This document shows positions 49,901-61,900 of a stretch of 64,000 nucleotides of DNA, one piece after another. The stretch comes from Vicugna vicugna. Lineage: Eukaryota. The DNA is taken from positions 1,573,070-1,637,069 of the forward strand of contig MU057947.1 of the NCBI GenBank assembly GCA_013265495.1, in the 5' to 3' direction. Both the position numbers and the translations under genes were made by a program. The stretch's first letter is position 1, and each line of letters starts with the position of its first letter. The notes beneath the pieces are model-generated. The model had not been told where the DNA came from. It made no database searches and worked only from the letters and a program-made list of their open reading frames with translations.

Positions 49901-50848
49901 CGTTATTATTATAAATAATAATGCATAAATGTCTATTTAGAAATAATGTCCATTTAAAATAAAAACACATCAAAATCAGTCATTTCCACTCATAAAAGCT
50001 ATGGCTGTACAATCCTAAACACAGGATGTGTGCATTAGGGTTTTGAATGTCAGTCAGTGGAAGCTAGTTTCAAAGAGGAGTTAAGCTTATGTATTTCTCT
50101 TTTTTCTAACGTCACTTTCCTATTAGTTTACGTCACGGGAGTAATGCCTGATGGCTGTAGGTGAGTGTGACAGCCAGGTTCACCCGGCCCTGCCGCCTGA
50201 TTGGCGCATCTTCCTTCCGCACCCTGGACAGCCGCCGAGGCGTGTGGTACCCTGGGGGCTGGCGGGGTGCCCTCGGCTGCTGCCGTGTGCTGTTTTGCAT
50301 TTTTACTCCTTGATCGTTAGATCAGGAATTAGACCCCATCTCACGGGGGCCGACCTATTGATGAGTTATTCTGGTCTTGGAGTCAGGGCAGCTGACGTGT
50401 GGAAACCACGCAGGGCAGACAGCAGGGCCAGGGTGTCTTTGGTCAGCAAACAAACAAATTGCTGGGGTGACGGGGAAGTGGGTCGGGGACCACACCGGGG
50501 AGAAGGCGGCTCCCGTCCCCAGCGCAGCACGAAAATCACTCTCTGACGTCTATACCTATCCACTTTTTAATGTTTTCTTCTCTTTTTTTTCTGTTAAGAA
50601 ACATATCCTGTGAGAAGGAATGTAGTTCGAAGTGTAGTCTCATTTCTAGACAGTGTACAGCATTATAATGTGTGACACTAGGAAAAAACCCAGAAAATGG
50701 CAAAAACATAAATAAAACAAAATTACACTTTTGATGTCTATGAAACGGAGGTCACATGATTCAACCTCAACAGCCTTTAAAAGCCCTCTGTCAAAATCTG
50801 GTCAGTTCCCAGCCCCGGAAATTGCCTGGCATGCCTGTCTCTCCGTAC

Positions 50849-50967
50849 CTGGGTGACAGCTTCGACTCCTCCAGAAGCTTCTTGAATTCCTCTTTGGCTA
50901 GCAGCAGCTTGCTTTTCTTCTCCTTGTATTCTTCCTTTATTCTGGTCTTGACAAACTGTTCGAATAT
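50849..50967 (-). CDS. TCERG1L: TCERG1L penultimate coding exon (119 nt, phase 0/2), [39 protein letters not shown](R)
   Basis: In-frame continuation of the previous exon. Acceptor ttttcttttgtgtgtcttaag, donor CCCAG|gtacgg. The split codon AG+G gives Arg with the last exon. Confidence 0.97.
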
Positions 50968-52999
50968 CTTAAGACACACAAAAGAAAACTGTTACAAGAA
51001 CGCGTATCAGAAATGAAATCTTGTGTTTCGCACACGACGCGGCAGTGAGAATCCGAGGTAAGCCTGTCTTTCTCGCAGCTGCTGGAGCTGCGAGCAGCAG
51101 CCTTCAGTTAGGCCACTGCGATGAGACCACGTGTCTGCATAACTCCACCCGCTTCCCCGCGAGGCCCATGCGCGTCTGCGTCCAAGCACCCTCTCGGGGT
51201 CAAACCCTGAATCCACCCGCTTAGAAACCCAGAACGAGCGGGTGGTGGGCGCGGTCAGCAGTGAGGGGACCCGGCCCCAGGGCTTGGTGTCCGTGCTGGG
51301 GAGCCCCGGCAGCGGCAGGCCTGGTCTCCCCGACGTTCACATCCCAGCCACTGAGGCGCTGTGACACGCGGAGTCCGCAATTTGTCCCAGTAAATTGCTG
51401 TGGCAACATAACTGGCACTTGAGCCTCAGAATGCCTTTGACCTGTGAAAAGACCTTGGCCCGGCACCCCGTGATGTCCCTCACCCGAGGCGCAGGGGCGC
51501 CCACTTGTGAGCGAGGGGGCTGGCTCCCCAGGGGCCGCCGGCACGCTCCTGGGTGTCACGGAGGCGCCCAGCGAGGAGACCGGACCCTCGGGCGCTGCAC
51601 TCGCACTCGACGGGTAGTGGGTCCTGAGAGCTGCCTCGACAGGAAACCCGTTCCTTCACCTGAGTGATACGAACACCGTCTGGTAGCAAGTGCATCTGCG
51701 ACCCTGAGAAGGTTTCTCTTGGGAACTGGCAGCCAGCATAGCAAAATGCCACCAGGGAACCCCTCTTTGCAGTGGACCATAGCGTGACCTGGTTAGACCG
51801 AGACCACTCACAGAATGTGCTAACCTCAGAAAGCCGTCATTTGCAGACTAAAGCCAAAGGGAGGCGGAGACAGCTGTTCCTTCCCAATGCTCCCCAAGCC
51901 TCAAGAAACACTAACGAAAGGGTAAACTGGAGATAATCAGATGTGTCTGCAAACATGAGTAACAGGGTCGGTAAAAAGCCCCCATGTGACCCTGTGAGGC
52001 CAGTAAGGAGCAGTCCTGACTTGCCCGTCACCGGCCACTGCAGGTGCTGGGAGCCGACCTGCGTGCTCGGGGCGTCTCTGCGCCCCTGCGGGGGGGCCAG
52101 AGCTGGGAAGCGACCACGTGGCGGTTACAGAATGGGCCTCCTTCGGCTCCGCCTGACCGTTTCAGATTCCATTTCGGGAACAGCAAGGCTTTATAGGATT
52201 ATAAATACAAAAGGCCGCTTGCCTCCTGCAGAATCGTCAGTGAGATGAAATATTCACGAACAGGACTTAGACGGAGGACGTGCGTCTGGATTTAAGAATA
52301 TGATCAACTTATCTCCCTTTCAAGGGAAGTGGAAATGTAAGCTCTCCAGTTCTCTTATAATTTAAGCTAATAAAAAAGGTGAATGCAGGGTGATTATCCA
52401 AATACACGTGTGGGGCTCCATCACTAGTCGGAGTTTTGCTCTGTTAATTTTAAATCTGGGACGCAGCCCTGGTGGGCAGGGGGTCAGAGCCGGCAGGAAG
52501 GAGCTGCCTCTCTCCGCCGAGAACCGTTTATCCCTCTAACCAGATTTCGCTCTCTCCTCCGCCTTTGCTCCGTTGCTTTATTTATGCTGCTGTAATTTAA
52601 TATAACAGTTTTTTCCCCTCGTTTTTAACAAATTACACCGGTATTATTCAAAGTGGGGCATGACTTTTTAAAAGACAGACCATTGGCCATTACCTCGTCA
52701 TGGCGCGTTCTGGTGAAACAAAATGAAACACGGTTTGTTACCATAGAAACAGGGCTGGTGAGCACTCCCAGGACCCCTGCTCTCCGTTTGGGCTCGTTCA
52801 CGTCTCCTTTGCAGCTCCCGTACGGGGATGGTTGCAATTCATACGCCATGAGCCTCAGTTTTCCCCACCGGACACCATGGGACAGTAGGTCCCAAACAGA
52901 TTCCACGTCTGGGGCTTCCTCGCCTGATTCACTCGTAAACAGGACTGTGAATGGGGTCCAAACAGTGTCTCCCTCATCCGTCAGCTTCAGTCCCTCGCC

Positions 53000-53815
53000 T
53001 CGCAGAAAGCGCCGCCCTGCCGCTGCGCTGGGCTTGGCTCCACGCGGGGACCAGGTGTGTAACCCGAGGCCCCGGGGCCGGAGCAGGCGGCTGCCGGGGA
53101 GCCTGCATCCTCCTTCCCGGGGGGCTCTGGGACCTCGCTGCGGTGTTGAAAGGGGCCTGGCGCTCCCCCTGGGCGACTTCGCAGGGACGTCTGAGGGCTC
53201 CCCCCAAACTCAGGCTCCCAGAGTTGGCGGACGGACCCTCTAGTCTGCTCTGTCTGCACCTCGAGCCTCCCGGAAGGCGCGGCCCGCTCTGGGCAGTGCC
53301 TGCCTCCCGGACCAGTTCCTCTGGGTCCAGCCCCCCAGCTCCGGCGCGTGAGCCTTGTGCCTGGGCCGCCCCGCAGGCAGCAGGAGGGCGGGACGCCCTG
53401 CCCTGCCCACGAGCCAGTTCCGCGCAGCCCAGGTGGGGCGGCGCGCCTGCCGTCTGAGGGGCGGGACGCGAGCACCACGTCAGCCGGGCTTTTCTTCAAG
53501 GTGTGCAAGGTCTTACACCTTCAGTTGCCTCTAAAGGGGCGATGGCTTCTGAAAACATCCACGAGCTGGAGAGGGAGCTGCAGTGGCCACGGCCGGCGGC
53601 GCCGGCTGTGCTCGTTACGGCTGCCGGCGCCGCGGTCACAGGCCTGAACGGGCGTCCTACGGGTGTGGTCGCGCTGGCTGGCGGGACCCCTGGTCCTCCC
53701 GGTCCCGGCTCACCTGGGCCCCGCTGCCGGACCCCAGGCGCACGCCGGGGGCCGGGCCCACGGAGGCCTCCCCTCCCACGACCCTCCCGGGCTCCTGCCT
53801 TCGGTGGTGGCTCCT
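53000..53815. promoter_or_regulatory. CpG-island-like intronic segment
   Basis: Visually dense CpG/GC (cggccggcggcgccggc, ccggcgccgcgg). Observed/expected CpG ratio not computed. Confidence 0.45.
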
Positions 53816-53849
53816 GACCACCTGCTCTCTTTCTTTTTGGTGTTAGCTC

Positions 53850-53921
53850 TTTTTCTTTTAACTGAAGTGTGGTCGACTTACAATGCTGTGTTAATTTCTG
53901 GTGTGCAGGGCAGTGACTCAG

Positions 53922-53953
<32 letters not shown>

Positions 53954-54040
53954 CACTTTCCATGTGACTTTCCCCTGTCGGCTGTATCAGGCATGGAACA
54001 CGTCCCCTGTGCTGTGCAGTGGGGCCTTGTTGTTCACTGC
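53850..54040 (-). mobile_element. L1 3'-terminal fragment (artiodactyl type) containing a (CA)15 expansion, intronic in TCERG1L
   Basis: Reverse complement aligns by eye with 30365-30525 of the plus-strand L1 (aacaag...cagcacaggg...gtgactga...caccagaaa...tgtaa...acttca). Confidence 0.8.
53923..53952. repeat. (CA)15 microsatellite inside an L1 3' remnant
   Basis: Perfect dinucleotide run. Confidence 0.97.
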
Positions 54041-54736
54041 TGACCCGCTTTCCCTGGGCGCCCTCTGCACTCAGGGCAGAGGGATCGGAACCGGAACTGG
54101 AGACTCAGACGCGGCCCCTCGATCCTTCTGGAATTTATCTCAGAACCCCTCTCGGGGCTGCTCCGCGAGCTTCGGCCCCAGCAGGACTGACAGCTCACGC
54201 CTCACGGCTCCGGCCCCGCCCGCCGGACACACGGCCCGTCCCTCTGTCCGGCTGCCTCACCTGGGAGGCAGCACGGGCTCCAAGACTTGACTTGTGAGCC
54301 AGCCAGGCCGACGCCTGCCGAGTCTCCTTCCAGGCAGCTGCCTCTAACCCACTCTTGCTTTCCTGGGGACCTGCGTTCTAGAAACGTCCCCCCATTCCTT
54401 ACACTGCTGTCGTCCCCTGGACCCTCTCCTATTTCACTGCTACTTTTTAAGATCTTAATACAGTCATCGAGGGTGTGATTAATGTTCCCCAAAGCTGAGT
54501 TGCCATTTTAAACACGAGTGTTTGTCTTGTGGGGCCACAGCCAGTTGGTGTGCTGAGAACAGGTACCAGGATGACCTCTCTCTGCACCTGTAACTCTCAC
54601 TGTCCACAGGCTCACAGGCGCTCAGCCCTCACGGCTGCCCCAAGACGCGGTGAAGACGCCGCGCGCCCGCTCGCCCGCAGGGGTCTCCGGAAGGAGCGCC
54701 ACTGACCCGCAGCCCGGCTCCGGCACCAGGTCCTAC

Positions 54737-54826
54737 CTGTCTGCGCTCCTCGGGGTTGAGCAGGAGATAGCGCGGGTCGAACACGATTTTGTGTAGTTCT
54801 TTCTCCCAGGTGGAAAACGCTGACAC
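54737..54826 (-). CDS. TCERG1L: TCERG1L third-to-last coding exon (90 nt, phase 0/0), [30 protein letters not shown], part of first FF domain
   Basis: Translation matches the recalled TCERG1L/TCERG1 FF motif ([23 protein letters not shown]). Minus-strand acceptor tctttcttcag (AG at 54828-54827) and donor CAG|gtagga (GT at 54736-54735). Confidence 0.97.
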
Positions 54827-55257
54827 CTGAAGAAAGATATTCAATAAAGTTGCTTTTAGCATCTAACGCTGAGCCCGGAATCGCACTGAAATGATCAATG
54901 ATGAGAAACAGCATAAAGGAACCGGGGCTGAGTGACACAGCATCGTTTAAAAGTGTTAGGCATGGCAAACTTTGAAGAAAATCAATATTTAGAACATTGG
55001 AGAATTTAATTCCTAGACTCATAACACGATTTCTCCCTGGGATATCTTCCAAGGCCACGTGGCCTGATCTAAGCCCCAGTTACATCCGTGAAGCTGGGAT
55101 GTTCTGAAATGTCACGTCTTGAAAGGAGAAATTTTATTTGTAAAAATGTTCAGGATGCCCCAGGCCGTAGCAGAGGCCAGTGTCTTGCAAATGGTCAGAG
55201 TTTAGCACAATGTCAATTGATTTTTAATCAACAGTTAACCCTTTTTGAGGCAGGTCA

Positions 55258-55975
55258 TTTTTTTTTTTTACAAACTACCTTATTTTGCAGTAGTTTCAAA
55301 TTTACAGGAAACTTGCAAGCATGTTACGAAGTCACCATCCACCCCACACCCAGTGTCCTGCGCTGTTAGCGTCTCAACGTTAGTGCAGTCGATTTGTCTA
55401 CACCGTTATGAACAGAGTGCTCACCCCGCTCAGACTTCTTTAGTTTTTACCCAACTGTTTTTGCTGCCCCAGGGCTCCACCCAGGCCCCACTTCACATTT
55501 GGTCTCATGTCTCCTTAGGCAACTCTTAAAAGGGGGTCCTGACCCACCTCTTGAGACGGGGCTGTCTCTGTAAGTTATTTGGAATTCTTGTCCATTCTCC
55601 CAACTTTACTAAGGTATTCAAGCGTTTATTTGCAGCAGGACAGACCCCTGGATGCTGATTTCACACTTTGAGTTATAACCTAACGTGACTTCATTGTTCT
55701 TTATGCTCAAATTCCTCCAGGTTTGGCTGCTGAGAGCTGTTGCGGTTGGCTCCTGTGTTCCGGGGACATTCTCCCATCTTCTTGGTTTTGGGGCCCTTCA
55801 AAATGCTCCAGAGCCATCTTTGCTCTCCCCGTGGCCCTAGGGTCGGCATTCTCCGAGAAGTCCTGGCTCCTCTTGACTGGGGCTGGTGTCTGGGGCCGGG
55901 ATCTGGGTGCCAGGTGTGCTCATTGTACTGGCATGTTGTTGCTTCCAGACTCTGTCAGCTGATGGAGCAGTGAAG
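55258..55975 (-). mobile_element. Ancient L1 (L1MC/L1MD-like) 3' UTR fragment, intronic
   Basis: T-tract start followed by gcagtagtttcaaatttacaggaaacttgc..., gtctcatgtctccttaggc, ttatttggaattctt, gatctgggtgccaggtgtgctcattg, which are recalled L1MC/MD 3' motifs. Confidence 0.7.
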
Positions 55976-58900
55976 TGTTTAAGTCATCCAAAAATAATCT
56001 ATTCATTTAAAAGCACAGACTAAACATTGACTGTATCTTAGGCCCCTGCTAAATGCTGAGAATTCAGAGAAAATAAGTCAAGGCCACTGAGAGCAGAGAG
56101 CCCATGGCCCCAGGCGAGCAGGGAGCTCGTGGTCCAGGGTGAGCTGGAGTGTTCAGGAGGCGCTGTCCGTAGAGCAAAGCCAGGCTCTGTGAATGCTGTG
56201 AAACGTGGAGATACACGGGGTTGAACGCTGGGGATGAAGGAGGCCATGAGGGGCTGGAAAGAGGCAGGGGAGACAGACAGAGCAGGGGAGCAGGATGCTC
56301 CCAGACCCGCTTAGGAACCAGGGCCTTGTCCTGAGAGCAACGGGAGACAGAGAGGCAGATGTGATGCGATTTTAGGAGCCGGGGTGGAGGATGAACTCTG
56401 GGCACTGCGGAAGGGAAGCCAGCGGGCAGATCACACAGACAACATCCCTTCGCAGTCCTGCTTCTGAGCAGGTGAAACGTTTCTGATACAGGAACTATTT
56501 CAATAGACACGTGCTTTGCTTGGCACATCATAACACACGGACTTTTTTAATTGACAATTTCAATCTTCAATAGTAAAAATCAAAGCTCTTTTTCATACCG
56601 TAAGCTCTTTTATCGTCAGGGTGACCCGACTCCACCTGGGGATTTTTCTCAGTCAGCTGAGAACGTGGTGAAGTGTGGACTCGTCGCAGGGGCTGGGGGG
56701 AGGGACTGCGGGAAAATGTAGGACAGAGGGGCTCCCTGTTCTTTGACAGCAGACCCTGGACCACGTGAGCATTAGGGTGGTCATGGAGAGGGGGATACGC
56801 TGACCCAATTCAGCCCGTTCATGTGGGCATCTGCCCGCCTTGGAGGGACCTGCAAACCCCAGGGGCCCCAGCTCTGTAGGGAGGGCAGGCGATTATTAAG
56901 AATCGGTGTCTCAGTAACTGAGTCCACAGGCTTGTTGAGAATTTTTGGAGCTCTAGATGTACACTAAAATATATTAAAAAAATAGTATATTATCCTTGTC
57001 TCCAGAGGAATTTACCATCCGTACGCAAGGCAAGGTGAGCTTCTCTACAAGGACTGTCATTTGTGATGATGAAACAGACGCCATCATGTTGCCTGACCGT
57101 CAAGCTAACGGACACTTGAAGCTCAGAGGAGGATGGCCGTGCTTGGTGGGGGGGGCCTGGGACAGCGGCTGGAGTGGAAGGGAAGTCTGGACTGTGGAGT
57201 CTGAAACGGGGCCCTGCAGTGGGCACAGCCTTGTCTGTCAGACGGATTGTTCACAGAGAAGGACTCGGTAGCTGCCGTTCCCTTAACCATGCAACTCCCT
57301 TATGACACAAGCCCAGCCACTCTGGTCCACACAGTCACGCTGCCAGTAAGTTCATTCCATGGGGCAGGGACTGCGACCAACACCGCCTTCTTACTGGAGG
57401 CCAATGGGCAGCCATTCTCAGCTCCCGGGGCCCCGCCGTACCCCGCCAGGGGCCCCTCCACAATAGGGTGGCTTCAGCAAAGCCAGGAGGAAACCTCTAC
57501 ACGGACCCAGCCCTACAGAACAGAGTCACAGCGCCCCAGGGGCTCCCCCTCCTGTTCACAGGCCCGCCCGCTCTCGAGGGAGGGCTGGTTCAGGAGCTGA
57601 ACGGGGCGGTGTGAGCAAACCTTGGGGCCACAGCAGGCCCCCGAGACGGTGCATGTTACTGCCTCTTACTTGACCTTCACTTCCCAGGCGTGATCTCCAT
57701 CCCTCCTCCCACCTGACAGGCCTCTGATTCTTTGGCATCTTATGTGCGATTCGGTCCTTGACTCAGGGAATTCTCCAGACCATTTTAGACTCTTTCCTGC
57801 CAGAGTCCAGTCCTTCCCTGCAGCCTGACTGCGCGATGTAGTGGCCCCGTCTCCCTGCTGGACCCCGTTCCACGATCTTCACGTCACCAGCCGACCATCA
57901 GCCATGTACTCCCAGGAGCGTCTGAGCCTCTCAGGGCGCCGCCGCTGACTCGGAGCCAGGGCGCAGTCCACGCTGCCTGTCTTGCGGGAGAGTGTGGGTT
58001 TCTTCGATGTTCCGGGCCGTTAGGCTCCCGCGCGTCCACATTGAATCCCCGCCCACTGAGAGTCAGGAGAGCAGGGCCTCGGGTCACACCAGCCCCTTCC
58101 AGCTCCTGCAGCCTGGCCCTCCTGCCCCCAGGCTCCCCTCTGCCTCATTCTCAGGGTCTGAGTTGCACTCTGTTCGCTGCCGTTTCCACCATGGAAGACA
58201 CCAGAGCTGGTCATTTGAAACACAGGCACAGAGAAGGGGTGGGAGTGGCCGGGGTGCAGTTCCCAGACCCCACAGCTGACGCCGTGAAAGGGAAACTGTC
58301 AGCAGGTGTCAAGGCCCGGGCAGGGGTCCGAGGCCGGCGCCCGGCTGGCTGGCACGCGGGCGTCCTGCGCGGCACCGTCTGCACTACAGGTGTCCCTGCA
58401 GGAGAGATGACAGGCGCGGGGGTGCTGCAGTTCCGAGGGGAGACGCTGGCACCCTCTGCGGTCACAGAGACCGGGTCTTTCCTTTTATGGCTGTTTTCAA
58501 TGTTATCCCAGAAACATAACCTTGTTTAAAAACCCCAACGCGTTTTGCCAGAACGAGCAGCAAAATGGTGACCTCACCCCCGCGGCCCTTGGGGGAGGTC
58601 GTCTCGTACCAGGGCGAACGTCGTGGTCTCCTGACAGCTCTTCCGTCCTCCAGCATCATTCTCCCTCGACCCACAGCCCTCTCCTTCCTGAGAGCTCTTT
58701 CTCCAGCCCTGAGACTAGCGGGCCAACCGTCAGCCGGCATGCAGAGTCCTCGGTCTGGCCCCAGCTGCCTTCCCAGCTTCAGTGCGGCCGCGTCCTGTTC
58801 AGCCGCGCTCTGAGCAGCTCCCTCGCTGGCCAAAGTCCCTCGATGGTGCGCACGCCCGGCGGCGGGGCACGGCCAGGGCGACCCTCTCTTGGAAGCCGCT

Positions 58901-61900
58901 GTGCGGGGACCTGTTCCCGATGAGACTGGTTCCAACCTCAGCTCCAGCTCCACAAAAACCTCTCTGGATTCCAGGAGTGGGTCTTGTGTTGCCCCTGGGG
59001 TGACTCAACTTTCGAGAAAGGGGACCATGTACAGGAATGTGGTGTGAGAGCGTTGGTGAAGGCTAAAAAGCAAGATAATCCTGCCACTCCTGCCGGCGGG
59101 CGGTGCCCAGGGCCGTCGCCCTCGGGGTCCTGACCACCAGAAGGTGCCCTCAGGCACCCAAAGGAGACAGATGCCTTTCATCTCCAAAACCAAAGGCTGT
59201 TTGAGTATCTGTCAATCCTCGGGTCACAGAAAAGGCCAGGAGCCCATCCACCAGAGAAAAAGGAGGTGGCTGAGCCCTGAACTGTATGGCGGGGTCGTCC
59301 ATCCATGAGGGGTCTCCCAGGCCGGGCGCTGAGTCAGCACAGGGGTCCGGGCTCCCCTCTGCCCGGGGGGCGGTCGTGGCTGCTCGTGCACCTGGGATGT
59401 CTGTCTGTCTGTCTGTCTGCACCTCGTGCTCAGCTCAGCCCAGATGCAGGGCTGGGTCTTCCCGGGACCTCCTTTTGGGCTGACGTCCATGCAAACACAA
59501 ACCCGTTTCTTTAGAAGCTAATGTTCTTGACCAGCTTTGATGCTCAGACACCTGCATTTAGTCTTTGCCCCTCAGTGACTGCAAACACTGACCTGTTACC
59601 CTGAACGGGCAGAGCCGTTCATCCTGAGTGGGGAGTTCCCTTCTGGTTTTTACAACCAAGTGTCCAGCCCCAACCCCTGACCCAGCACCACCCACCTCCA
59701 TGGGCGGCTCTCCAGCCCCTGCAGAGCCCAGATTCCACTCCCTGCAGCTGACTCTCCCCCAGGCCCTCCGCTCCTAAGCACCCCGGGCCCCACCGCCCTG
59801 ACGACGCAGTTCAGGTGTGAGGAGGTGCCCAGCCAGTGCCATGCCTGTCACACCTCCTTCCTCTGCCTCCCCTCCTCCCACGCTCCCTGTGCCCGCAGGC
59901 TCAACCCCCAACAAACCCGACTTCTTTGTAATTAGCGCTCAAGTCATCACCCTCCTTATCCCATTTCCTGGAACGCATGCTGCGTCTTCTGTTTCCGGCT
60001 TTGGAGGTCCCGACAGTTAAAGGCGGGAGCTGGACTCAGCGCAGGGGACGTGAGCAGCCGGTGCTCCCGGCTCAGTCCAGCCAGGGAGGTGGTATCGTCT
60101 CCGGGATTGTCTAGAAGCAGCGTGGGATGGGGCTTGGGTACCGGCGGCACATTTGGGAGGTGATTCCAGGTGTGCTGGGAGGAGAAAAGCCAAGGGCGGT
60201 GCCTGAGCGACCAGGTGACCCCTGGGCCGCGGGGTGAGGTCCTTTGGGGAAGCTTGGAAGACGCATGTAGAACATGCTGGAACCTGCCTGCAATTTGTCC
60301 CGTGACGTGGAAGTAGGGGATCGCCCCGACCCCCTTCCCTGGCTGAGTGTTGTCTTGGAGGTGTTCAACCCCCAAATTTAGGGGGGGGCAGTGGTCACAT
60401 GTGGAAAGTTCCCCTGAGCCCAGGTGAGCCAGGCGACCCTTGGTGAGCCCAGAAGTGACCAAGGGGCTGCTTGCTTCCCCCGAACTCTGGGGCAAGTCGA
60501 CCCACTGTCACCTCCCAGTGCTCAGTGCTTTACCAATGTTGGCACTTCCTTTTCGTATTTTGATGGATAAAATACTTCGCACTGTTATTCCACCACAGCT
60601 CAGCTAATTTGACTTCCTTTTCGCATGAAGGATAGTTCTAACCCGGTTCTAGGAATTAGCGGTTCATGGTCCCCCCAACGTCATCTTCACAATCAGCCCA
60701 CTCCCTGCTCGCTGACACGGTGGCCACGGTGATATTTAGAGCTGAGCTGCCGCGCATTCAGCACACGCAGCTGACCCGGGACAGAGGAAGCCAAGAGAAA
60801 GCACAAGTCAGGAGAAGAACACTGAGATTCAAAAAGTCATGAATAGTCAACACCTGCGCTTCTTACAGCCCGCGCTGGCGCAGCGCCGGCCGAGCCGGCT
60901 CTCGGGAGCTTTCAGACAGCACTAGGGGAAGGCATTGCACAAAAGGGACTTTTTCCGGAACACTCTGGTATATAGTAGACGTCAAGTGTTGACAGCGTGT
61001 AGGAAACACCCCCCCCACCAAAAGTGCCTGCATCGACGTGACCGTGAGGGCGCTGCCTGAAACAGCACCAGCGGGACACAGACAGAACAAATGGAGAGGG
61101 GGGATTCTGAACTGACATTGATAGACTATCGTGCTCTTACCAAAAATGTTTTCCCAAGGTTTATAAGAATATTTTTAAAATGCATAAAAGGGACAAAACA
61201 GTGTTTAAATATATAAATGAGATTGAATCTTATGACGCTGACTATGCTGAAAGAGTTGGTTCAGCCACGATCAGCCACAGGTCAGTCTTGGTTAGACTGT
61301 CTAGGAAAAATGTTTGTTCTTGATATTTCTTTAAAATCTGTTTTTAGGGGAAAAAACACTAGAAGGAATTGTACCCATTGATGGGGATGACTGTCCCTCA
61401 GGGCAGGATTTCAGGTGCCCTTTTTCTTCTTCTTGGCATTCTTGGTATTCCGTGAATTCTGTGATGAGCACGTGTTCCTTGGGTAGCACAACTTTATTTT
61501 GTTAGTGGTGTGACCATGCGTCTTGCGAGACTTTGAGGAGTTTTCACAGGAACATGGAGCAGACAAGTTCCCACGAGGCCGATCCGCTTGCTGGGGCAGA
61601 CGCTGCGGGTGTTCGGGACCCCAGGGCTGCAGCTCGGGCCCCGTCTCCGGGCCGTCTCGCCCGTGACGCCCGCACGCCCGTGGGGATGCCGAGCCCCTCC
61701 CCGCGTCCTGGCCCGGGTACCGCTGTGGCTCCAGAGAGGCCATCACCCACCGGGGGGCCCTCCTGCTGTTGGGAGGAGATGCTGGGCCCAGGTGGCTGGA
61801 GGGCGCCTGGCAAAGAGCCTCTGTTTCATTTGTACTAACTTTGCACCAACGGCCTCATGGTGGTCGCCCGTCTGAGCACAGAAAGGCTCGGGTGTGCGGT

